Origin: Lepidodermella squamata
Lineage: Eukaryota > Animalia > Gastrotricha
Assembly (NCBI GenBank): GCA_047495785.1
Contig: JBLDXI010000024.1
Location: 744,001 to 808,000, forward strand
Length of the DNA: 64,000 bases
Direction of reading: 5' to 3'
Shown in pieces: positions 1 through 12,098 of this stretch. The notes beneath the pieces were generated by a model. That model did no database searches, had not been told where the DNA came from, and saw only the letters and a list, made by a program, of their open reading frames with translations. The position numbers and the translations under genes were made by a program. The stretch's first letter is position 1. The number at the start of each line of letters is the position of its first letter.

Positions 1-99
1 AACATCTTGGACCGCTTGAGTTTTCGCAAACATAATCCAAGAGCAAGTGCTGATTAAAATTAATCCATTGAGATTCGTTGTCTTGCTGACATGAAGCAT
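1..99 (-). CDS. Possible first coding exon of a secreted protein running off the window start
   Basis: ATG at 99 (minus) with an in-frame stop upstream; reads MLHVSKTTNLNGLILISTCSWIMFAKTQAVQDV, resembling a signal peptide. No homology recognised. Confidence 0.25.
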   Translation of the reverse strand, partial: MLHVSKTTNLNGLILISTCSWIMFAKTQAVQDV

Positions 100-637
100 T
101 GCTTTGCTGTTAGCGTCGGCTCTCGACAGTGCCCGTCTCGCAACAGTGAACACTGAACTAGAAGATTTTCATCAAAACGTGTCGCTGTAGGTGTTCGTCA
201 AGTCGCGCGGCTGAGAATCGTATAGATGTCAGATAAGCAGAAAAACACCATCGTATGCAATTATTAGTTAGCGAATTACTTTATTACTGCCAGGAAAGTT
301 CACTAACCCTTGCGGCAATTTGCTATTAAAACAAACAACTCTTATTGTTCACAGCCAAAGGTGACAGGTTACAAAACAGCATTAGCATGTTACTGGCTGT
401 CTTCATCGCGATTCTCATTATTTGCAGCGTGGAAAATAAAGCCGCTAAATAGACATCCGAAATACGTACGCGTTTTAAACGGAACGCTCCAGATTTATCC
501 AGCCGATGATATCAGCTGATGCTGCTTTTTGTGTACATACAATTTCACCATCGATTCAACGCATAAATTTCACGCAGCAGCTACTCGAAAAATTGTTGCG
601 TACAAAATTTTACTTCATCTAAATTTGAAAAAGTCCT

Positions 638-1337
638 CTAAAATAATACTATCGATATTAAAAGCATGAGCAATGAGGAAATGAATGAGAATCTCGGGAT
701 AGAACTGGCGTTGCACTGATTTTTGCAGCAGTAACAGTCTTGGTAACCGCTTTCTGGAAAGCCTGGAACAGCAGTTTTCGATGAGCAGCCATAAGTACAA
801 TAGTCTACGATGTCACAAATTTTAACCAGAAGCATACTCAAGAAAAAAATAAGTGCATACTTGGACAATTGGTACACGACGCTCCGTAAACACATGCACG
901 CACGGTCGTTATGTCACCTGTTTAAGAAATGACTAGGATGGAGACAATTGGCATCGGAAAATTGTGAAATGTAAATACCTGAGACCCAATAGTAGACTCT
1001 TTTCTGGAATAGAAATGATCCTGTTAGCAAAATAGTCAGAATTATCCAGCAAACTTACCAAACAAGCGATACAATTTTGCTGAACCTGCGCGGCAGTCGC
1101 TGTTGAGTAGACGGCCCAGCAACTGTATGTCCCAGGTCCATCCGATAAGACTGAAGTCCTGTTTACTAATTCACCATATAAGCAAGGTAACATGCTTATT
1201 TTTCATTAACAAAATTATTTACAAGGCAATATTGACGATGATCGATTCGCTTTCACAACCATGGCGTAGACCGATTGTTCGCTTAGCGCCATCACAAAGA
1301 GCGCAACTGATAGACTCCACCGATGACCTGTCTTCAT
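638..1337 (-). CDS. Ly6/uPAR (three-finger, quiver/sleepless-like) GPI-anchored protein, 5 exons
   Basis: Hand-spliced through four GT-AG introns of ~55-60 nt: signal peptide MKTGHRWSLSVALFVMALSEQSVYA, Cys-rich core (YSCW...NCIACLKR...VRACVYGASCTNCPNYCTYGC...DCYCCKNQCN), then hydrophobic tail RFSFISSLLMLLISIVLF. CC-x-CN plus a hydrophobic C-terminus is the LU-domain/GPI signature. Confidence 0.7.
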
Positions 1338-2048
1338 TATTATTTCTGAAGTGATGAAAATGACATTCGTGTTTTCCCGGCAGTTGCATCTTTGTTGTTG
1401 ATAATAACTCTTGTTGGGCATGTGAGGTATATATTATATTTAGTTCACGCGACAAATATTTGCAATTTGTCTCTGAGGTCAAAAGCACCGAGCAATTTGT
1501 CAGACTGTGGTCACGTTCAAAGCAACGCAGTCACAAACAAATACTGCAAAACAATTAAAGATGATGGACGCCGTCAATTTAATACCTGGCTTTTTTGTAA
1601 ATGAATGTTGCTAGAAGAAATACCATGTGTTTTCGATTGAAAATTAAGAATAAATTCTCAAATTTTCATCCCATGTTATTTCTGATCTCTACTCATAGCA
1701 GTTTCAAGTCAAAATTGAATAGCTTATGAATAATCGTGAATAAAAGTGAAATGCCAGTTATCATTTATAATACAAATTTCCACGATAAGTGCAGTTGAAT
1801 TTTGACTCTGGACCAATAGGCATAACAAAACCAGTCGCGGAAACTAAATCACAGAATTTAATTCAGCAGAACCTAGATTTCAATTGAATCTGGATCTAAT
1901 AAAATTCTAGTCAAACATAATCCACAATCCAAAACTCAAGGTTTTCTAGTGTTAAATAATTAAAGTATAAAATTGGCCGTTCTTCAAACGACTGCAACGC
2001 ATCTGCAAAAATGAAATACTTAGTATTAGGCATTAGGCATTAAATCAA

Positions 2049-2133
2049 ATCTGATTAGTCGGAAGGTTTGAAATCTGATTGGTTCACTCAAACAGCGCGC
2101 GACACGCACCATTTTATTAGTTTTCCACGATCA
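2049..2133 (+). repeat. Degenerate solo copy of the inverted-repeat sequence flanking the tRNA array
   Basis: atctgattagtcggaaggtttgaaatctgattggttcactcaaacagcgcgcgacacgcaccatttt aligns to 9027-9085 and to the reverse complement of ~9998-10098. Confidence 0.8.
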
Positions 2134-2380
2134 CACTTTTCAAGAGATGATTCTCATAAAGTTTCTAGATAAAAGTTCTTGGAGGATGATGAATGATGCG
2201 TGCATTTTAGTCTGTCTGTTGTGATTTGTGATTCGTCATGGAGGCATCTCACGCTCGGCTTCACACTTAAAATTCATATATAATCAGATAAGGCAAAGTA
2301 AAACAACCCTGAAGATGATTAGACCGACTTTTCGATATAACTAAACGGCTGCGGACTGTTATTTGGGTGTTGATCTCGGA

Positions 2381-2400
2381 AGATGGATGGATGGATGGAT
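2381..2400. repeat. (GATG)n microsatellite
   Basis: gatggatggatggatggat. Confidence 0.85.
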
Positions 2401-4194
2401 CATTAAGCCCAATCGCCAGTCACCCGACGATATGCTTGGGCTTCAGTTTGAGAGTTTAGAACCCGAGTAGCCGTTGTGGCGATGTTTTACATGGGCCAAG
2501 TGGGACAAAGGATTAGAAAAATAGATTAAGGATATAATAAAATAATGTTTTCGAGTTGTTCTGTAGCGAATTCGACCATGTAGGCAGCTGGACGCATGCT
2601 ATTTGCTATTTGCTATTTGCCGGGGTTTATGTAAGACCTCGATAACGATTTCAAAAAACGCGCCAAAAAGACGCGTTGCCATAACAACAGAACTATCTCA
2701 GTTATTCTTTATTCAGACTTTTAATCAATTTTTTGAAAATATATAATTAATTAGGTCAAGATTGCGCGCGCTCATCAGTCTCTTTTTTTAGGGGCAAATG
2801 TTTGGTTTTGGCGCTTCACGCCGTATTCACGGGGACTATGCGTGAACAAACTGCACGAAGCGTGCTGTGTGTAAGGCTGCCTTTATAACCCTAGCAGCAG
2901 AAGGCGTGGAACGGCTTGAAAAATGCTCTTTTGCGTGATCAGTGATATTTAAGTTAGCTATTCGTCCTGTTTAGCGTTGAATCAGATCCCTTCTTAATTC
3001 TTAATTTGTCATTTGGCAGTACTAACCCATAGGCTAACCCTCGACACTCTCAACGCTCAGAAGCGCATGCACTCCTAGTTCTAACATGGAATTAAATGGT
3101 AATGCCTCGTTTCAAATTGAAAATAGGCACCTCAGGTCTCGCGATGTCACACATGCATCCTATGTCACTCTGTTTGACTCCTATTTTTGTATTTATGAAC
3201 CCAGGTAACTTAGACTCAGTGACTCCGTGCTCTGGGATTTAAAATTTGCTTTATTACCCTTGCGCGCCCACCGTAGTGGGATGAAAGGTATTAATGCCTG
3301 CTGGCGTATCCGACTACCGGGTATGCTGTGTTTTCTGTTCAGCTTTCCCTTTGGATGATTTTGCCATTTCTGCCAATTCCGCTTTATCGCTTAAATATTG
3401 CAAAATTTGAAGCTATTTTGGTAGAACTAACCAAATAGGTTCTAGTTTCTCCACCTAGATCCTAGATGAACCTGAATCGTTCCTTTGAATCGCTTCTATG
3501 ACTCACCGCTTTTGCCTTATTTGGCATATTATTTGGTCACTTCGAAAATTCATATTATTTTTTTGCAATAAGCTATCTCAGGCTATCCTTGGCACTACGC
3601 ATATTCCTGTTAATACCTGAAAGCGGGTTCAATGCCCGATAATCGCAGGAATATCCGCAATAATTGCAGTTCGTGGATTATTTTTTGCGTGGTGCTACTT
3701 TGATTGTGTCAAATGCAATTTTCTGGTGGAAGGGTATTTTCCACGCCTCGAATACTAAATCATGGTCTTTATAAGCATTAAAAAATTGGGTGAAGACCTT
3801 AGGCTGCGTGCCAAAAAGTATGCTAACGAGTGGTTAGGACTTCACGTGTCAGATGGTGTGGCATTTGAAAGGCCAGTACATTTATGTGAGAAGTGCGTTG
3901 CGCTCTCATTTTTTACTTGGTCTGCGTGCACGTGTATTTGTTAACCGCGCTGCGCAAAAAAACTAGCTCATTATGCAGAGCCGCATAGCGCATCGGTACT
4001 GCTCTAATATGTTACAGAGAATAATCGGCTAAAGCAAAGCCACACAAACGAATAACAGTAGGAAGTGTAGGTCTGCCATAATATCAAATTATTACTCGTG
4101 CTTCAAAATAATCAACCAGCCAATCCTTTGCCCTTATCGGTGGTCATCACTTTAATCGATGTTGTTTGCGTTATATTCAGATATATTATTTGAA

Positions 4195-5435
4195 ATGAGT
4201 CAACAAGCCTGTCATAACGGCTCAACACCCGATCCTTATCTAGCTGTCAACGATAGCGACGTGCAAAATTTATTGGTGTTGATCAGAAGTAACAACAATT
4301 ATTTGGCGTCAGGTGAGACTAAGAGGCTTTCTAATTCAATAATTCACCGTTGATGATTTTAGCTCCTCATAAAGACGCGATTCCTTTCTACGCTGGGGGT
4401 AAACTTGTAGGATTGATAAAAGAGGCCTTCGTATCCTTTTTTACTCAATTTCCGGATGTCTTTCAAATCGAAAAATCAAAGGCATACAACGGTTATCCTG
4501 AGCGAGTAACGCGAATATCCTTGTTGGACAAATTCGACACATGCGAGTCACGAACTGCTGCGCTTCGAATCGTAGTCAACGAATTGCGTCAACACAGCAG
4601 TATTCTTGTCGCCCTAAAAGGCTGGCGAGATGAGGTGAGATTGATTAATCTGAAATGTCTGCGGTTTAAATTTGAACTATTGCAGGATTATTCAGCTTAT
4701 CATCACTTCCACGAAGGTCCTATCTTCCAGATGGAACGCGCTGCGACATGTATTTTCGGTATTCGGAGATACGGCGTTCACATCAACGGGTTCATGCGCA
4801 ATGAAACAACGGGCGCTATCGATCGAATGTGGGTTGCTCAACGCGCAATGAACAAACCTACCTATCCCGGCCTTCTCGATAACATGGCTGCTGGCGGCCT
4901 TACCAGCGGCTACAAAATCATCGATGTCGCGAAGAAAGAACTTCAAGAAGAAGCATCAGTGGATGAGCAGTTATCCGAAAGATTGAAGTCGGCTGGAGTT
5001 CTAAGGTTAAATTTTCCTCTTCATTTATTGAATTTTTCTGGAAAAATTGAAATATATAGCTACTGCTACGAAGATGAACGTGGGATCTGTCCGGAGGTGC
5101 TTTTCGCTTACGATTTGGAGTTGCCTTCTACTTTCCGGCCGGCGAATTCAGATGGCGAAGTGCAAGGCTTTGTCCTCAAGACTATTCCAGAGGTATTTAA
5201 GTTGATTCAGCAACCGAACTTCAAACCCAATTCGGCCCTCGTAATCCTCGACTTTCTCATTCGGCACGGATTTTTCACCCCAGAAAACAGTAAGTTGATT
5301 TTGATGTGACTTGGACCAAATTCTGATTATTTGTTTGTGTACACAGCTAGTTACTACGGCTACTTGGTTCAAAATATGCACGTTGATCCTTTTGCCCACT
5401 TTGCTCCTCTCCTGCAATCGCCGTTGATTGTTTAG
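4195..5435 (+). CDS. Nudix hydrolase of the yeast YJR142W / plant NUDT20-like family, 5 exons
   Basis: Motifs KGWRDE, MERAATCIFGIRRYGVHING, WVAQRA..KPTYPGLLDNMAAGG, Nudix box KELQEEAS, YDLELP..F.P.NSDGEV, FKPN. Four short GT-AG introns (e.g. 4313-4362, 4635-4685) restore the frame. Confidence 0.85.
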
Positions 5436-7354
5436 CCCGAGTGAGTCATCCTAGATTTTACTCATAATTTCAATATAAATGATGACCAAAGGCGAATTCA
5501 ATAGCTGTCTCGATTTTTAATCGATTGAAAGCAATGTGAACACATCTATAACTGATTTTTCAATCCAAAATTGATCTATAATTGATATAACGTTGTCAAT
5601 AGTGATCTAATTTTTTGTTTTTTTTTTCTCCAGGAATTTCAAATCTACCTGATGGTCTCCGTTATCAGCCATACTTTCATAAATGACATTGAAAATACGC
5701 TATATTAAAGAGATTGTTGTTCTTTTACTATGAATAATTATATGGAAACGCTTCCTCCGTCAGATTGTTTTGCTGGTCTGGTCTACTCTGTAAATAAAAT
5801 AACCGAGAATTGATTGAAATTATTGTAAAAATTGTATTTTGATGCTGATTTCTACTGAATGAGAGAAGCTCTCGGTGAATCTTCATACGTTATGACCAGC
5901 AGAATTAATCGCACTTCGACACGTATTGACTCGGAATTGTATTTAGTATAGCGAAGTCCTTGATTCAAAATAGCCTAAAAGGCATGTAGGTATTATTTTT
6001 GTCGGACCATATGTAAGCAGTTTATTCAAAATTATCACTGCATACCAGCTCATCTCACCACTTCTGTGAATCGAATATCTTTTAGAATGTAAACAAGATC
6101 TTATACTCCCAATTTGCGAAATTTGATTGAACCAAATCTTGAATGATTTTTGTACATTAAAAAGTTGGATTGGCATTGCCAGCCACTACTTTCATGATCG
6201 TTACTTATGAATATTATACTAAACTTGAATAGCATATCACGCTGTGTATTTTTTGTTTGATGAAAATTATGCGAGGATGATTTATGCCACGTGAAGTGCC
6301 TGTTTGCAATTATTCTGTCAAATTTATGTATAATTTTGCGATTCCATTTTACTTTTGAGTAATAATAATGATGGCTATTCTTGTTTGATGGCAGCGCATT
6401 TTCATTTGTGACGAGGAACAACGGTTGAATCCGTACCTTTCTTGTTATGATTATACAACGGTGTCAATATTTTGCTTCATGAGAGAAAGGAAAATAAAAA
6501 TACCCACCGAAAAAATATCGTTGGTTTTCAGGGTTAATTTCTGTTTCATGAAAATATAATTCCCCGAGGCACCAACAAGTCCCTTTTACAAAACGGGTAC
6601 CTTGTTAAACAAGAGATAAGATAACTTATCCGCATTGCGATAATGAAACTGGGTCGGTGCATGATAACAAACTTACCCGAGTTTTTAACGGAAAGGCCCT
6701 GAGTACCAGTCTCTGAGAAAAAGACGGAAACATAGTGTACTTAATTGCTGCTGGCGAGCGCGTTCCAACTAGATAACTCGAGCCTAATGTTTAACGGTGA
6801 CGTTATCTACCTTTCGTCGTCAATTCTAAATTCTAATAAGTAAAGACAAAAACTTTGAATTTAGACAAGCTTTCAATCAATTCCGAGCTGCAGGGAACAC
6901 TGGTGTAAAATATTCGCTCCTTTTAATACATTTAAGCACATGGCTTACTTATCGCAAAAATTCACAAGCCGGGCTTTGGGTCGAATATTCTATGGGCCTA
7001 TCAAATAGAGATGACTGAGATTTGAGATTGACCGTTGAGTCTTGAGTCTGCAGAGCGTCATTAATTACCTACTGGGTTGTGTTTTTTATTGCGAGATCGC
7101 AATTTTCAACCATTGTGTTGAAAATTTCTCAGTTTTTCGAATTTGTGAACGACGGCGCCCGTATGATTCGAGATCACTCTTTCCATCGTTTCAATTTTCT
7201 GAATTTTTCAGTGCAAACAACCCGCCTTATTTTGGACACATTTTTGGTTCAACCACGTTCAACGTCCTTTCGTAGGAAAAATTCTCAAAAATCAGCTTTA
7301 TAGGTATTTCAACAGCATTGAAACCACTGGAAAGCCCTTCATCACAGTTTAATA

Positions 7355-8049
7355 CAGTGTGATTCAGAAAGGCCGCCCTAACCACGATTAGCATTTTTTC
7401 CCTCTTGTTTTTTCCCCAAAAAATTTTTCTAAGTCCGCGCGTGCCGACTCGGAAAAAAATTTCGCGAAAAAATAATAATAGCCAAGAATTAAAATAATAA
7501 ATCTAAAACAGATAAGACTATGATAAAATGGCGACTGACAAGAATAGATGGGCAGGATGAAGAAAAATCTGAACAGGGAACAGTTTAGCTTTTGACAGGA
7601 GAAGCAAAACTACCATTTCGCATTTTGAAATTCCGAAAAACTACCATGAGGAATTGATAATTAAATGCGGACTATAACTCCGAAAAGCTGAAACTGTCGT
7701 TTAACAAATAAGTGAAATGCATGGGAGCGGCGCTTGCTGTTCTTAAAAGCACTGAAAAAGTTGTGGAAAAACCTGAAAACTGCCTCTAATAGGACCGAAA
7801 TTTGATTGATTACTGCAAGCTTTTTTGCTATCTGACGTGATTGGCGTGATCGAGTTGATGCTCATGATCGGCGTGATCGGCATGATTTGTGTGATCGTCA
7901 TGAAAAAACGCCAAATGAAAGATAATAACACGCGTTCATTCATCACACAAACTGGAAAAAACTGATGAATCCGATCCAATTTTTTCTACGGCCGTGTCAA
8001 ACACGTGCCTGTTTATGATGCGCTCGGGCGCCCTTTCTGAATCACACTG
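7355..8049. mobile_element. Non-autonomous Tc1/mariner-type DNA transposon (695 bp)
   Basis: 24-bp TIRs CAGTGTGATTCAGAAAGG(C/G)CGCCC with one mismatch, flanked by TA at 7353-7354 and 8050-8051; internal ~9-bp degenerate tandem repeat (tgatcggcg-like) at ~7838-7902. Confidence 0.85.
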
Positions 8050-9147
8050 TAGAGCCGTAAAGAATATTTCGAAATTTGTCAAAGGCTTCCGATAATTTCA
8101 AGATGCATAAATATAAAGGTAAAATATTGCCATTGCACAGCTGGCAGCGTGCATTTTTAACTAACCGCCTAGAATTGAAGCAAGTACGCGATCACATATT
8201 TCAACGGGCAAACTGGATGGATCCAGGATCCACAGTAGTTGGACTGGCGATGCGGGCTTTTTCGGACCTGAGGACGGGTGATGTGTGTCTGAGAATTAAA
8301 TGCCCCCATTTCGATATGTTCGATGTATAGAGAATAGAATGATATCAATCTCTGCGCTATGGTTCGATGCTAACGAAATTATATCTCTCAATTTCACTCA
8401 GACGCGACATCAACTTGAATGAAATTAGCACCGGCCGGTTGCCTCGTTTACCGTGAAAATTCGGTCCAAGTTCAGCAGACAATCTGAGTCGCATGTCATC
8501 TCCGGGTGGATTTGAAGTTGTGACAAAATATTATCGCCCTTCACTTCTCGCTCCTGCCCAAGTGAAGGTACTTCAAATCTTAAGTATTTGCTTTTGATCG
8601 GCGCGTTGAGAAATACACCTTGGCGTTGACACAGCCAGGTGATGACCACCTACATCATTGGATAGATGATCATCTCGAAAGGAGTATACGAAGTAAGTTT
8701 TGGGGCATATTCGGTTTTTACATTATATTGCAGCAATAATAATAAAATAGCTGCACCTTTCTAACGTAAGGCAACAACATACTCGAAATCATCAACAGGA
8801 CTCGAATGTCCAAAGGGTCACGGTTTAGGGACACTTCAATAAGTACATCACCTCATCAAAGCATATCAAAGAACTATCATCGAGTCCAACCTATTGAGAT
8901 TGATGTTAATGATCGACTGAAATACATATTTCTTTGGTTTGGGGTAAAAACCCGCCCACAACGAAGCGAAAATGCACGCTGAGCATAGAATTAGTGGAAC
9001 CAGTGAATCCACAGTTATCTGATTGGTCGGATGGTTTAAAGTCTGTGATTGGTTGATTCAAAGACCACGCGACACGCACCATTTAATGTTTTTCTGCGAT
9101 TATGAAATATGAAATGTAACGGAAAGTGACTACCTTTCTGCCATCAA

Positions 9148-9220
9148 GCCGAGATAGCTCAGTTGGGAGAGCGTTAGACTGAAGATCTAAAGGTCCCTGG
9201 TTCGATCCCGGGTCTCGGCG
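9148..9220 (+). tRNA. tRNA-Phe(GAA), apparently intact
   Basis: GCCGAGATAGCTCAGTTGGGAGAGCGTTAGACTGAAGATCTAAAGGTCCCTGGTTCGATCCCGGGTCTCGGCG; perfect acceptor stem, A/B boxes, TTTTT terminator just downstream. Confidence 0.95.
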
Positions 9221-9289
9221 TACCTTTTTGCGCTGTCATTGGCCTATCCTAATTGCCATGTTAGAAGCCCACGGGGATTTTCTATCGCA

Positions 9290-9361
9290 GGCCCGTTGGT
9301 CTAGGGGTATATTTCTCGCTTCGGGTGCGAGAGGTCTCGGGTTCAATTCCCGAACAGGCCC
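9290..9361 (+). tRNA. tRNA-Pro(CGG), slightly damaged (C5:A68 mismatch, altered D stem)
   Basis: GGCCCGTTGGTCTAGGGGTATATTTCTCGCTTCGGGTGCGAGAGGTCTCGGGTTCAATTCCCGAACAGGCCC matches the metazoan Pro consensus; TTTTT downstream. Confidence 0.85.
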
Positions 9362-9436
9362 ACTAGGTTTTTCTTCATTGAATTTCAACAAGCTATTGAA
9401 AATGCATCACATAATCCTGGCATTTAATTTCATATC

Positions 9437-9507
9437 TCCCTGATGGTCTAGTGGTTAGGATTCCGCGCTTTCACCTCGGCGGCCCGGGTTCGACTCGGGT
9501 CAGGGAA
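9437..9507 (+). pseudogene. tRNA-Glu(TTC), probably a pseudogene
   Basis: TCCCTGATGGTCTAGTGGTTAGGATTCCGCGCTTTCACCTCGGCGGCCCGGGTTCGACTCGGGTCAGGGAA; anticodon-stem mismatch and a 1-nt deletion in the T arm. Confidence 0.8.
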
Positions 9508-9609
9508 AGTTTTGCTCCGAAATGAGGTTTCTGCAAACATCACTGCTTATCGCAAAAAATCGATCCTCAACTATAAGGTAAAACTTGCAGTAATTTTTTG
9601 GAAAGCTGG

Positions 9610-9650
9610 CGCCCTTCGGGAGACTCGAACCCCAGAAATTGCGATTAACG
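9610..9650 (-). pseudogene. 3' half of a tRNA-Asn(GTT)-like gene
   Basis: Reverse complement cGTTaatcgcaatttctggggTTCGAGTctcccgaagggcg resembles the anticodon loop, T arm and acceptor of invertebrate tRNA-Asn. Confidence 0.55.
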
Positions 9651-9660
9651 ATTAACTGCT

Positions 9661-9695
9661 CACGGGAGACCAGGGTTCGAATCCCTGCCAAGGAG
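9661..9695 (+). pseudogene. 3' half of a tRNA-Asp-like gene
   Basis: cacgggagaccagggTTCGAatccctgccaaggag matches the tRNA-Asp variable loop/T arm/acceptor (GGGAGACCGGGGTTCGATTCCCCGACGGGGAG); TTTTT follows. Confidence 0.65.
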
Positions 9696-9752
9696 CTAGC
9701 TTTTTCCCCAATTTTAAAGCTAAACTATGCGTAATGGCCAAAAATGTACAAC

Positions 9753-9825
9753 CGCCCGATGTGGGGCTCGAACCCACGACCCTGGGATTAAGAGTCCCAT
9801 GCTCTACCGACTGAGCTAACCGGGC
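9753..9825 (-). tRNA. tRNA-Lys(CTT), apparently intact
   Basis: Reverse complement GCCCGGTTAGCTCAGTCGGTAGAGCATGGGACTCTTAATCCCAGGGTCGTGGGTTCGAGCCCCACATCGGGCG; TTTTT terminator on the minus strand. Confidence 0.95.
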
Positions 9826-9894
9826 TGAGACTGAGTAGTGTACTGCTAAATTTTATATTTCCTTGCTGGTATTACTTCTGGATTAAAAATATTT

Positions 9895-9967
9895 CGAAGC
9901 TGCCAAGAGTCGAACCTGGAATCTTCTGATACTTGATCAGATGTTACGTCTACTGAGCCACAGTCCT
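9895..9967 (-). pseudogene. Degenerate tRNA-Arg(ACG)-derived sequence
   Basis: Reverse complement retains TCTGA-loop-TCAGAAGATTCCAGGTTCGACTC, typical of tRNA-Arg(ACG); D arm, acceptor stem and anticodon loop (TCAAGTA) are mutated. Confidence 0.7.
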
Positions 9968-12098
9968 GCCTTCTTAGTCGAATACACTCTACTGGATATC
10001 ATGGAAAAACTAATCGCAGAAAGAAAAATTAAAATGTGCGTATCGCGTGCTCTTTGAACCAACCAATCACAGACTTTAAACCGCCCGACCAATCAGATAA
10101 TTGTGGATTCACTGGTTCCACTAAGGAGAATAGAGACTGTCAATTCTTTGTTTTCCTTTTAGCCGCTGTGATTGCTTCTAAATCGAGGGCCGTTGAGCAT
10201 TGGAATCCTATTGAGGGCTTTGAAACCACGATTTTCTTACGAATCGGCCGAACAGATCATGGCTATAATGGCTAGACCTTTTCTGCACGCAAGTTTAGGA
10301 TAAGCTACGATTTAAAGCCCATGTTCTGTGGTCTTGTGGGATCTTGAGGCATTTTTCTTGAGGCATGCTTGAGCCTTTCATAACTGACACATTGACTTCT
10401 TGGCTCATCTCATTCTTTCAGACGAATTTCACGCTCGGATGAATAATGGTACCAATATTATCCAGTAATATATTGATTTAATTCCCATTATAGTACGTGC
10501 CGACTGGCGCCAGTCTGTCTCCGGCCTAAAAAACGGTGGGGGTCATGGTCGTTCCGAACTTCGAAAGTCTTTCACTCATTGGAATCCGACAGAGGTAATA
10601 CAGCGCAATGTAGCGCAATAAGGAATAGTGGGCAGGTACCGGGACTGCTGTTAGGCGGAAGCCGACCCCCCGTTTTTCTCTGTTTGTCTTTGGACGCCCG
10701 CGGCAATTACTGGAATTAATATTTTTTGAAATTTTCAAACTTTTCATCTCAAATCTTAAGATTTCTTCTTGAGATTCTTGAGATTCTTGAGACACTACTA
10801 CTTCATTTGATTCGCTAGTGAATTTCTTTAAATTTCTTTAAAGAAGTAACTAAATCCGGTTATAGTTAGAGTGTTGATTGGATTATTACAGGTGGCCGAT
10901 GTGATTTTATTACGTAAATGTCAGCGGTCGTAATCATGAAGTAATAAATTCAATTCAGCGTACACCTGTCTAGTCAAAACTAAGAAATATTCTACCTTGA
11001 CGGCGCTGAGAAACTATACCTCGAACCAATAAACTGGATAAAGAATTCCAATATGAGAAGCTTCGCTAGATACCTAACTGATATCAACAAATGAAGCATG
11101 CTTTTAAGTTTAAGCTGCATATAATTTTTAAATGTTATTGTTCAAGTGCATTTATTCGAGGGTAGTCAATCCAAATGCGGCATGTCTCAAATACGCCTCG
11201 GCTTGTCAGCTTGAGCCATGCACCTTGCAGCATCTTCAATCTTAAAGTTGCTATTAGCCGAAAATCCGATTCGGACTTCAGCAAATTGATCTCGGATAAT
11301 ACAAAGAAACATGCCAAGATACCAAAAATCTTACGTCCGTCTGAGACAGGGCATCACACAGGACATACCCGCTGGAGTTGTAGGAACGGCGGATAGACCG
11401 CGCCAATACTCGCTAGTGTCACACAGTTAATCACATAAAAAACTCATCGTCACGCTGATTGCATGCCCTGAAAGTCGAGCTGGCCTGAATGTATGGCAGG
11501 GTAACTTGCTCAATGCCACAAACACTTGACCGCTTCTGCACCCGAAGTCATGAGTCAGGTGAGAAATTTTTGAGGTCTACTAAATTCCAAGCTGGCTGAT
11601 TAGTTGCCTCTCCAAGCGAGCCAGGCGAAAAGAGTGAAGACGGCAGTCCGTCAAATATCTGAAATTTAGACGAAAGAATGAAAACCTGGTATCCAAATCT
11701 AACACGCCGCGATGATCTGTGAGATTGTTAGCCTCAATTTCCCCTCTGTTATCCAATTTATCAAACTAGGGACCTGCCCATTACGCCACGCTGCAATTGC
11801 AGCCACGCAATTACGCCACGCAGCGTAAGACAATAATTCCAGCGATGAGGAACTTAGATTGCAATCAGATGTGAACCGGCTGGAATCAGAGCGGGAACTC
11901 GTGGTTTGAAAATTGCCACGGTCGACTTGGCAGCCAAAAGTGTATGGCACATTTTTTCCTTAGTCACGTTATTATTATTGGAATTATCATTAAATTATTA
12001 TTTAATTACTGATTTTTGCATGAAATTTATTGACCTTGACGCAACTGTTTACGCGGTATTAATGTAAAGTTGGAAGACCTCTCGTCTGAGTTTTGGAA

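Larger units (their letters stand above)
8991..10124. mobile_element. Inverted-repeat-bounded element carrying a tRNA gene array
   Basis: 8991-9102 is the near-identical reverse complement of 10011-10124 (TTAGTGGAACCAGTGAATCCACA...CTGCGATTA). The interior holds seven tRNA-derived sequences and no coding ORF. TSD ambiguous. Confidence 0.75.

Noticed and set aside
5450-7350. Short ORFs in the AT-rich intergenic region
   Set aside because: No recognisable domains or termini; probably decayed repeats.
9607-9625. LTR-retrotransposon primer binding site (TGGCGCCC...)
   Set aside because: No adjacent LTR or gag-pol; tRNA similarity extends to the anticodon loop, beyond PBS length.
12070-12098. Start of the LINE ORF as given in the ORF track
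   Set aside because: It begins at a TTG in flanking DNA upstream of the TSD; the element is 5'-truncated within the endonuclease domain.
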